A stretch of DNA of 54,403 bases, from positions 1 through 54,403 of IMG/VR virus record IMGVR_UViG_3300013114_000124, one strand, 5' to 3'. The DNA comes from a virus. Taxonomy: Duplodnaviria > Caudoviricetes. Made by a program: the position numbers and the translations under genes. Positions 36,956-48,100 of the stretch are shown one piece after another (position 1 is the stretch's first letter; every line of letters starts with the position of its first letter). The notes under the pieces are model-generated. The model was not told where the DNA came from. It saw nothing but the letters and a program-made list of their open reading frames with translations, and made no database searches.

Positions 36956-37459
36956 ATGGGAGCAGCAAGCGCAGGTATAGGGGCAGTAGGAGGAATAGCA
37001 CAAACTATAATAGGGGCAGGCCAAGCAAGGAAGGCTAGAAAAGCTATCGAAAACTATGACCGACAAGATATCACAAACTTATCAGAAGGGTTAAAAGTTA
37101 GCACTAAAGGTGCAGACTTAGCTACACAAGAATTGGCTAGAGCTAACGCAACAACTGTTTCTGCACTTAAGGCAGGAGGAGTTAGAGCGCTAATGGGAGG
37201 TATCCCTCAGATACAGGCATCTACCGTAAATCAAATGGCTAAAATAGGTGCAGACTTAGACGAGCAAGTAATAAACATTCAGCAGCAAGAGATAGCAGGA
37301 GCAGAGAAAGCTAGACAGATGATAGAGAGAAGAGAGGAAGCTGATTTAGCAGGTCTAGGACAACAGATGTCTACAGGGCAACAAACAATGGCTTCAGGTT
37401 TATCAGGATTCGCAGGTTCAATGGGGCAAATGGGTACGCTTTTTGCTGACGAGGATTAA
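36956..37459 (+). CDS. Small internal virion (ejection) protein
   Basis: Gly/Ala-rich N- and C-termini, Q-rich helical centre. Confidence 0.6.
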   Translation: MGAASAGIGAVGGIAQTIIGAGQARKARKAIENYDRQDITNLSEGLKVSTKGADLATQELARANATTVSALKAGGVRALMGGIPQIQASTVNQMAKIGADLDEQVINIQQQEIAGAEKARQMIERREEADLAGLGQQMSTGQQTMASGLSGFAGSMGQMGTLFADED

Positions 37460-37483
37460 TATAGTAAATAGAAAAACAAAATA

Positions 37484-39073
37484 ATGGCTAAAGGTAATTA
37501 CGCAGCATATCAACAGTTACAACCTATAGATATAGATTGGACTGAAATAGCTAAGTCAGGGGTAGACGCTGAGCTAGCTAGAAGAGATAAGAAAAGAGCA
37601 GAAGAAAAGGCAGAGCAAGATGAGCTACAGACAGTAGAGTTCACCCCGTTAGAAGATGTTGTAACAAACGTCGATTCTCTTGACCAAGCTATGGCTCTAG
37701 GTATACAAGAGGCAGGTGAGATTAATCAGCGAGATTTCGACAAAGCTAGTAAAGATATAGACTTTAAGAGAAGCTCTGAGTATAAGGTTAGACACGCAAA
37801 CATACAAAACTACCCTAAAAGACTTAAGACACTTTCTCAAGGAGTTGCTGAATTAGCTAAGAGGTACTCACAGGCAGAAATGGATGGAAAGGTATCGGAT
37901 TGGGACGATAGTTTAGGAGCTACACTTCACGGAGCTTTTGTTACAGAGAAAGTAATTTTTAAGGCTGATGAAAGAACGGGCGAGCCTTACGCAATGGTTG
38001 CTCAAACTAAAGAAGACCTTAAGACAGGTAAAGACGGTGATAACCCTAATGGTTACGTATATAATGATGACGGCAGTATCTCTATGAAAAAGGTTACCAT
38101 TAACGAGGTATTCAAAGGATTAGGAGAATACAGAATAACTAATAAAGTTGATGTGGCAGCTGAAGCTCAGAAGTTCGGAAAAGCTTTAGGTAAAAAGGTA
38201 GAGACTGATATAGACGGAAATATGGCTTCAGGCTTAACTATAACTAAAGAGCAGAAGTTCGAGTTTATACAAGAAAAAGCTAATGAAGCAGCTATGGACT
38301 TACTAGGTTCTGCAGGTGCTCCTACAGACTTAGCTAAGAATATTTGGGCTGATAAAATGGGTAGAAAGAGTAGAGAGCTTACTGAAGAAAATATGTTAGA
38401 GATTAGAGATGATTTTGTACAATCAGCGTCTGCTTATTACGACCAAACACAAGAGAAAAGTTTTAATCAAAGAGCTACAGGTGGAACATCAAATTCAGGT
38501 AAAAATGATATAGAAGTTCACACACCTTCTTACGTAACTGACCCTTCTACGGGAGCGTTATCTAAGGCTAATATAACAGTCCCTGTAACTAAAGATGGTC
38601 AAACAGTTAATAAAGAGTTTAAAGATGTATACGAAGTTCAACTAGGGGGAGTTAACGGAGTTCTTTTAGAAGAGTCTGAAACAACTGTTAGGACTGTTAA
38701 GAATTTCTACGTAGATGATAAGGGTAACACTTTTGCAGATGTCACAACCTCTATTAAGCCTTCAGGTAGAGTGGATTTCAAGGACGAGGACGAGTTAACA
38801 CAAGCTATTGTAGTGGGAGCTATTAAGAATTGGGAGTCTGAAACAAAGACTATAAAACTATCTAACAAGCAATTCCAAGCTATAGCTACAAACTCCGCGG
38901 TTGTAGATGAAAAAGGTTCAGGATTCTCTAACGGAAAAGCCTTTATGGATTACTTAAAACGTAAGAGAGGTGGTACACCAACTCCTACGAGCACCCCTAC
39001 CAACTCTGGTTTCGACATTCACAGTTACAAAAATAAGGGGACTAACGACACTCAGCACGGCCCACAACAATAA
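37484..39073 (+). CDS. Internal virion (ejection) protein
   Basis: Helical 529-aa protein between the small and giant ejection-type genes. Confidence 0.55.
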   Translation: MAKGNYAAYQQLQPIDIDWTEIAKSGVDAELARRDKKRAEEKAEQDELQTVEFTPLEDVVTNVDSLDQAMALGIQEAGEINQRDFDKASKDIDFKRSSEYKVRHANIQNYPKRLKTLSQGVAELAKRYSQAEMDGKVSDWDDSLGATLHGAFVTEKVIFKADERTGEPYAMVAQTKEDLKTGKDGDNPNGYVYNDDGSISMKKVTINEVFKGLGEYRITNKVDVAAEAQKFGKALGKKVETDIDGNMASGLTITKEQKFEFIQEKANEAAMDLLGSAGAPTDLAKNIWADKMGRKSRELTEENMLEIRDDFVQSASAYYDQTQEKSFNQRATGGTSNSGKNDIEVHTPSYVTDPSTGALSKANITVPVTKDGQTVNKEFKDVYEVQLGGVNGVLLEESETTVRTVKNFYVDDKGNTFADVTTSIKPSGRVDFKDEDELTQAIVVGAIKNWESETKTIKLSNKQFQAIATNSAVVDEKGSGFSNGKAFMDYLKRKRGGTPTPTSTPTNSGFDIHSYKNKGTNDTQHGPQQ

Positions 39074-39100
39074 ATTTAATTTAATTTAAACTTTCGTATA

Positions 39101-42100
39101 ATGAACGAAGAATATTTAAAAGGATTACACGGACACTTAGGGATAACTGACGATTACTCAACTTGGGTAAACGCAGTACAAGGAGACGAAGAATATTTAA
39201 AAGGACTACACGGACACTTAGGAATAACTGACGATTACCAAACTTGGGCAAGTGCTGTGTGGGGAAAGACTACAGCCGATTCTATGGAGTCTCGTTTGGA
39301 TTCGGTGGTACAATTTTCTCAATCGGAATCGGAAGAGACAAATCAGGAGCAAGAAGTTACTACTTCGGAAGAAACTGAAACATTTGACACAAGTTTCCCT
39401 GAGGATATGATATCTCAAAGTAAAACGGAGAATGTTATACCTAGTGGAGATGGTACGCTTGTAATAGGTGGCGAAGAGATTTCCGTAGAAGACATGGAGA
39501 TTTCTGAACTATATGACGCGTACAAACAAGCAGGGTACATTTCTCAAGCTGACGTTTCTGAAGTAGAGGCTACAATAGAGGCTCAAGCAAAAGGAGATTT
39601 TTCTACAGTAGAAACAATAAAAGCTTACGCAAATACACTTATGAAGTATGGGCCCGCATCAGGTATGCACAGCCCTATATTTGATTATATGGATAGAGAC
39701 GAAGCCTTGTTTGCTAGACAACAGAAAAATAAGGTTGATTTTCTTAACGCTTTACCTGAAGATAAGGTAACAGAGTTAAAAGAATACGCTTTCAACAGAA
39801 CTGAGCAAATATCAGCTGATAACTTAAATGTTTTTGCTCAGAATAAACTTCTAGAAAGTAAGATTAAGACAGTTGTATCTGATTTAGAGCAGATGTCTTT
39901 ATCTATGGAAAAGATAAAAGAAGATGGCGGTGTCTTACCTAAAGAAGCTGCTGATGAGTATCTAAAGGCTTATAAAGAAGCTGTATCTTTACAAACTACT
40001 TATAAAGAAAATACTAATATACTAGAGTCTAATACAGAGGATTTAGGAGAGACTTGGGAAGAATTAGACCTTCTTAAAAGAAACTACGGCGGACTTGACT
40101 ATTATCAAGAGAAGCTGAGATTAAGCGCTGCGCATATTGCAGGTGGACTTGTTCAACTTCAAGCTATGGCAGGAAACCCTGCGACCTTAACACCTGACGT
40201 TGAGCTTATGTATACAATGCAGAAGTATAGAGAGCAAGTGGCTGCAGACGAGGATATGTTAAGGCCTGCTATGTCAGTAGAGCAGATAAACGGCTTAGAG
40301 GACTTTGGTATGTGGGCAGGTGAGCAAATAGCTAACCAATTACCTATATTATTGACACTAACAGCTACAGGCGGTACATCAGGGTTAGTTTTACTTTCTT
40401 CTTCTACAGCAGGTAGTAAGGCAGGTGAGATGACAGACTCTAATGTGAAAGGTGAAACAAACTTTTCAGCGGGAAATATACTTTTAACTAGTATAGGTCA
40501 CGGAGCAGCCGAATACTTAAGCGAGAGAGTTAGTTTAGGTATCCTTAGTAAAGGTAACAGAGTTATAAAGTCTGCGTTAAAAGGTAAGAAACCTGGAGCT
40601 AAAATACCTACACCTGAGTATTCTAGTATAAGAACAGGCGTATCTAATTACGCAAAGAAAACTTGGGGAGCAGCTTGGCAAGAAGGTAGCTCAGAGTGGG
40701 CTAACACTTTAGCTCAGAATATGTTAGATATCGCAGCGGGAGCAGAAGATGTAAACCCTTTTGACGGAGCTTTAGATGCATTTGCATCGGGCGCGTTTAT
40801 GGGTAAAGCTATGCAAACAGTTCCCTCTGTTGTAGGTATGGCTATAAGACCATTCACTAGAAAGGAAATATCTAAAAAGATTAAATCTAATCTAGAAGAT
40901 TTAGAGGCTTTAGCTTATATGTTAGAGACTCAAGATTTAAGCGAAGCGTCTCAGAACATTGTTAAAAGAAAGATGCAAAATATCATGACTCAGTCTGAGT
41001 CTATGATAAATGAAACTTTAGGAGAAACGTCTAAAGTAGGTTCTAAAGGTTTACAGAGAATATTAGAGATAGAGAAAAGAGCAGGTATATTAAGAAAGTC
41101 TGTAAAAGAAATAGAAAATTCTGATTTACCTACAGAAACTAAAACTCAAATTAAAGCTGAGGCTAAGGCTGAAGTAGACGCTTTAAGAAAAGAGAAAGAA
41201 AATATATTAGATGGGAGTAAACAAGATGGGGAGAAATCCCGAGTACAACAAGAACTCGAAGCAGCAATACAAGGAGGAGTCGAAGTTGAGCAAGGAGGAA
41301 AAGGAACTGCAGAAGTTCAAGGAGAAAATGCTGAAGCACGAGATACTGATACAGACTCTGAAGGAGTGCGGACAGATAAGCAGGGAGATACGAAACTCGA
41401 TGACGGAAAAGCAACACAAACAACTGCAGCAAAACCTGAAACTGTAGATGTAGAACCTCTAAAAAAGAGAAAGAGACAATTAGAAGAGGAGCTAGTTGAT
41501 ATAGAGGACGACGCTACTGCAGAAAAGATGGAGGCTGAAATAGAGCAGTTAAATACTCAAATATCTGAAGCTAGTAAAGTTGCTACTCCAGTAGTAGACA
41601 ATTCGGCTAAGATACAAGCTAAGGACGACGCTACTAATCAAGATGTTACTGATGAAGTATCAAATATCCAAACTAAGTTGCAGGAGGCGGGTAAACAAAA
41701 AGAGCTTGATACTTTAGGGGACAAGTATTTCAAAATTTTAGAAGACCAAGCCAAGAAGGAAGAATCAGGACAGGAGTTAGATAGATACGACAAAGCTAGA
41801 AAAACTAGAGCGTTTAATAAGATTGCTAAGTTAGGCAAAGAGTTAGGTATAGACCCTATGTATTACTTAGAGAACAAGGGCGCGCTACCTAAAGAATCTG
41901 CACCTAAGAAAGCAGCACCTAAGAAAGCAGCACCTAAGAAAGCAGCACCTAAGAAAGCAGCGCCTAAGAAACCTGCGGCTGAAAAAATAATCGAGTCTTT
42001 TGAAAAACATGTTAAAAGTAAAGGAGTTACTTGGAAATCTATGTTTGCTATGGAAGGCGAAGTGTACAACGAGTTGTACGATATGATTAGTAACAAAGAA

Positions 42101-45100
42101 ATAACTGAGGAGGAGTACGAGGCTTTTAAAAGGAGACTAAATAAAGCTAAAGATAATGTTGAGACCAAGATAGCTGAAAATCAGTACGGAAAAGGCTCTC
42201 TTATGCATAAGCTTTCTCAAGAAATTCAAAAACTTTATAAGAAACATAAAGATACTAAGGTTAAATTAGAGAAAGAGATAGATGATGTAGTAGACAAAAT
42301 CTATAGTTTAAACAGACAGAGTTTAGATGTAGATAACATGAGTGAACGTCTAAAAGAACTTGACACTCTTAATAAAAAGAGAGAGAGTTTACAAGCTAAG
42401 ATAGACGAAGCTGAAAGGAAGTATCAAGACGCTACAAATACGTTTGACGCTATAGAAGGTACAATTAGTGCTTACGGAGCAATTGCTGAGGGCGTAGACC
42501 CTAGGATAACAATCCTAAAAAAACTTGAAGGATTTATAAAAGAGTTTGAGAGTACCAAAAACCCAACTGAGCAAGAAAAAAGGTTCAACGCTCATAACGT
42601 CGAAGAAAGAAATTCTATAAAGAATAACCTTAAAGATTTCCCTACTAAAGTTCCTTATAAGAAAAAATCTCTTACTCAAGAAGATATAGAGTCTGCATTT
42701 GACCTTAACCCTGAGCAAAGTGAAGCTGCAGCTATTGTAAGTGATATAATGATAGAGAATATGGCTGCTATAGAAGGCATTTCTGTAGAGGAGATGAGAA
42801 AGAAGATAGAGTTTAAGAAAAGTAACGTTGCTCCTGACGGAAGTCTTAAGCAAGACGCTGAGAGTAATGTGCAACCTTTCTACTCCCTTATAGGTAAGGC
42901 CATGTCTAAATTGGCTAAGCTACAGCCTTCTACACCTCAAGTATGGGTTAAGAAGATAGTAGAAGAAGGTGGTAGAGGCACTAAGTCAGAGTCAGACCTA
43001 GTTAAACTAGAAACTACCTTGAGAGAGTATTTAGAGATTACTAACGCTTTAAAAATAAATAAAGGTAAGCCTAAGAAGACTATATCTTACTCAGAGGTTC
43101 TAGGAGTCATTTCTGAAACAAGTAACGTTGATATAAGAGTTATTGTTAAAAGGAGTCTTACAAAACCTCAGTTAGAGGCTGAAGAGAGATTGTGGAAACG
43201 AGACGGGGAACTAGAGGATAAGGTAGAAAAACTAGACGAAAAGATAAAGAAACTTAAAAGTGAGTTATCTGAATCCGAAATGTACACTAACCCTGAGTTA
43301 GCAGAACTTACAGCCCAACGAGCTAAAGCTATAGTAGAGGTGCGAAAACTTTTCTCTCACCTTAAAGAACTTAATGACCAAAATGTAGTTTACAGTAGTG
43401 ACTCACAATATGTGTTGCAAGGGCCTGAAGGAGGCGGTAGAACAGAGGTTATTATAGCGCTACCTTACTTAGACTTTAAAGTAATGAATGAGGAGCACTT
43501 CCAAGGTGTTGAGGATTCTATTGTAGGTTGGACTAGAAATAGTGTTAGGGTAAACCCTGCTACAAATTCTAAAGTTCTTTTAATAGAGGAGTTTCAGTCA
43601 GATTGGGCACAGAATCAAAGAAAGTACGGTGTAAAGGGAGGCCCTAAACAGAGAGAGCTTCAGAGAAGAGAGTCAAAATATCAAAAGTCTGCTCAGTACT
43701 TAGAGACGTTGGTTGAAAATTACAATGATTTCTTAAAGAAAACTTTTGGCCAATTTGCAGCTTTAAGGGGTTACGAAAAGACTTTTTACGGTTTCTTACA
43801 AAAGCCACTATCTCCATCAGACCCTATGTACACTAACTTTGGTTTTAATCACAGTTTTGTGGCTAACGGGCTTGCTCTACCTGAGACTATGGAGTTTTTA
43901 GCAAAGGTTTCTGAAATGCAAGGTAGACCTGCAACTGCTAAGAAGTTAAGAGAAGCGGCTAAAGAGGCTGAGTACAAAATATCAGAAATGATAGGGGCTC
44001 AAGAAATGCTTAATGAAGATTATATAGCCATAGCTGAACATATGGATTATGACTCTTATTTTGGAAAGGGTGCAGTAGCTGCTCATGCAGAAGATATAAA
44101 AGAGTATACAGAATTTCTTAAGAACATGCTTTCAGTTGGTAACCTTTTCTCAAATGTTCTAACTAAAATAGACCCTGACTTTAAAGACCTCGCTCCTAAC
44201 GCCATAAGAATTATTTACAATAATGTAACTTCGATAGGTGCATTAGAGAACTTTGACTCTGAAGTACAACGGGACGGTATACAAGAGGGCCTTGCAGAGA
44301 TGTTTGAAAAAGAAGGGTTCCCTAATCTAAAAACACACTTGGACGAGGTTGTAAGTGAAGTGTATAATATTATTGGCGCTCCAATAGTCTCCGGTATAGT
44401 GACGGAATACCTAGAAGGTACGGAATCTAACTTCATGATGTTCAAGGAGAGAGTATACAATCCTGTAGAAATGCCTAATCCTTACGCTAAGAACAATGCT
44501 TGGATAGGACTTACTTTCAGAAAAACTCTACAAATGGCTATTGAGCAAGGTCTAGACCAAGTGGCTTGGACTACAGGTCAGCAACAGTCTGCTAGATGGG
44601 GTCAATTAGAAGGTAAAGAAAAGCAAGGTATAGAGTACTTCTATAACAATATGATACCTAAAGAGGTATTAAAAGAGGCTAAACGATACGATAAGAACGC
44701 TAAGGTAGAAGTAATAGACTTAGACCCTTCTAATAAAGATAATAACTTGGCTGTTGGAAAACAGTTAGCTATCACTATCACGCCCGCTATGAGAATGGCT
44801 ATTCGCGAAGGTGGCGTACCACTATTCCAAAATGGCCAAAGCCCACAAGGAGCTATGTCGGTTAAGAATGGTAAGTATATCGTACACGCGATAACTAACC
44901 CTAACGTAACTACTCCTTTACATGAGTTAGCTCACGTATATGAGGATTACTTAACTCCTGAAGAGAGACAAGTAGTTTTAGGATTTGCAGGTAAGACACA
45001 GTGGGATAAAGAAACATCTGAGAAGTTTGCTAGAGGTGCTGAAAAATACTTGTCTAAAGGCACTGTACCTAACAATCCTCAGTTAGCAGAAATATTCTCT

Positions 45101-48100
45101 AAGTTCAAAGATTGGTTAACTGATATATACAACGGCATAACAGATAGTTCTATTGATATAGAGCTCAATCCTGCTATGGAGGCGATATATGAGAAGATGT
45201 TTACTCCTCAGAACAAAAACAGAAATGTCAATAAGGAAGTAAGAAAAATGCTTAGTGAAGGTAAGACTGCTAAAGAGATATTTGCAGAGTTTACATCTAA
45301 GAGTGAGAGAATGCAAGCTAAGAATATCCTTAAGAGACTGATAGCTCAACCTAAGACTCCTGAAGAGGCTTTAAAGGCAGCTAGAAAAAGTTACAATAAA
45401 GCTAAAGCAAAAGCTAAGGCTAAGAAACCTAAGAATATTTGGAAAGAAACAATCTTTAATTTAGCTAAGTATTTTACTGATAAGCAGTATCTACCTAAGA
45501 GAATGCTTAAGAAAGCGGGCGGAGATTTAGTTAGAGATTATATGGTAGCATCTAAAGGTTCGCCAGGCTACGCTAAAAGATTGTTTGATAAAGCTTACAA
45601 TAAAATATATAGAGGCTTAACTAAAGAGCAGATAGATGACCTTAATAAAATTATATTACAAAGAAGGTTTATAGCTATAGATAAGAATAGAGCTAAGAGA
45701 GGTCTAGACCCTGTAACTCACTCTGATTTCCAAAATCAAGAGACTGCTGAATTAACTTTAGAAGGTCTTAGAGAAGAGTTGGGAGATAAGGAGTTCAACG
45801 AACTTAATAAAAGAGCTACAGCGTACTTTTCTGAGTTTAAGAACTTACTAGATATGATAGAGAAGGCGGGTATAGTTAACAAAGAATTTAGAGATAGTTT
45901 CTTTGATGTAGATTATCAACCTAGATTATTCTTACAGTTCTTGCAGACACAGGAGCAAGAGAACTCTATTCAAGAAATGGGAGCGCCTACATCTACGTCA
46001 CTTACTTCTAAGCAAGTTCAAACTATGGAGAAAGGTAGTGACGAAGCTTTAGTAGTGGATTCTATGTACTTATTAGGAAGGTCTCTTAATATGAGAGCTA
46101 AGACAGTAGCTATGAACAGAACTACTACTAAACTTGCAGAGTTTATGAAAGAGAGATTAGACTACATTAAGAAAACAAAGAAGAGTATAAGTGAAGGTAA
46201 ACTAAAAGGTAAAGAACTTAAGAAGGCTAAAAAAGATATTAAGTACTTCGAAGAATTACAAAGAAGAGTTAAACTTAACCCTATTATAGGTTTCACAGAG
46301 TCAGGTAACCCTAAGTATAAGTTTAAGCCTGAGCCAGGCGAGAGAATTGTTTCTTACTACGTTAATGGTGTTAAACATCAGATGATAATGGAAGAAACGT
46401 TCTATGACCAATATAACGATAACTTAAAAGGTGTGTTTACTAATAGTGACGTAAGAGAAAAAGCTGCTGTCTTATCCGGCACAGCACTTGTTAAGACTAT
46501 AGCTACAGGTAATAACCCTGCGTTCTTCCTTACTAACTTCCCTAGAGATTTGTTCTTTGTAGCATCTTTCTCTAAGGAGTATGGTAGAAGGAATGGAGGA
46601 GTGTTCGGAGCATATAACCCTCTGTCTGCTATTTCAGTTCTTTGGGATTTTGGTAAGAGTGTATATGAAATTGCAGCTGCTAATAATACTAAATTTAAGT
46701 GGCTTAAAGATAATGGTAGTTTTGAGAAATTTGTAGAGTACGGAGGTATGTTGGATTTCTTACACACACAAGGAGAGTACAAAGGTACAAAAGGTCTTAA
46801 AGGACTGTATAACGATAAAGTTGGTAACCGAACTAAAGAGACCCTTAGCCTTGTAGGTGACGCTCTATCTCTTAAACCACTCCAAACTTATTCTGAAATA
46901 GGTTTCCGTTTAGCAGTTTTCAACAAGTCTCTTGCGAACTCTCTGAGACTTTCAGAGTATAAAGATATGAAAGACGTACCTGCTGATGTATTAGAAGAGT
47001 GGTATATTAGTGCTGTTGCGTCTGCTAGAAGTTTAACAGACTTTAGTCAAGGAGGTATTTACGCAAAAGATTTAGATGCTGTAGTACCTTACCTTAATGC
47101 GGGTATTCAAGGTACAAGGTCTGCTGTTGACGCTATAGCGGAATCACCTTCAGACACATTATATAGAATGCTTACAACAGGTTTCACGTTGACTGCTATA
47201 CCTGTCGCAGCTTCAGCTCATCTTATAGCCGGGGCTAATTGGGGAGATGACGACGAAGATATGAAAGGTTTGTCTGCGGGAGGCCAATACTTAAAAGCTT
47301 TAGAAGGTGTTAGTAGATATGATAGAATTAATTATCAAATTATTTTCACAGGGGATAAAGACGAGAGAGGTGAGTATAAATATGTTAGAATAGCTAAGCC
47401 ACACTTCGTTACGCCTGCATCTATATTAGCTCATCACTTATTAGAGGAGTATATAAGACAAGATAATAATCTTTCACCTGCAGGAGAGCAGAAGCTGATT
47501 GAAGACTTATCATTTGCTTTTGAGAAGAATATATCTCCTGTAGAATTTAATATACTAGGTAATACGGCTAGAACTCCTTTACTTAAAGCGGCATTAACTT
47601 ACGCTTTAGGTTACGACTTCTACCGTGAGCAACCTTTATCTTATCAGAAAGGTAAAGTGGCTCCTGAAGCCGAAGGTTTTGAGTCTAGAGGTGTAGAAGA
47701 TTTCTATAAAGCTATAGGAGAATATCAGCAAATGTCACCTGCTAGATTAAAGGGAGCTATTGAAAGTCTTATAACTACTCCGTCTACCTCTGCTTATGTT
47801 GCATTAGCTTATGGTGGAGCAGACGCTTTGTTCGCTGATAAAGATTTGAAAGGGCCTGCAGAAATAATGGGTGAAGCTCTTAAGAAAAGTGTTTCAGGCC
47901 GTCTTTTGAAAACTACTAGTGAGTTTAACAGAAGAGTAGATTGGGATAAGAGACTTAAAAATGAGATTGTAGCTAAAGATGTAAAGAATCTTAAAGATAG
48001 GTACAGACTTAAAGAGTTGGCTATCCAAGAAAGGGACGGTAAGGTTACAAGAGGTGAGGTTATGGACTACTTGAAGAAGATAGGGAATGATAATCTTATG

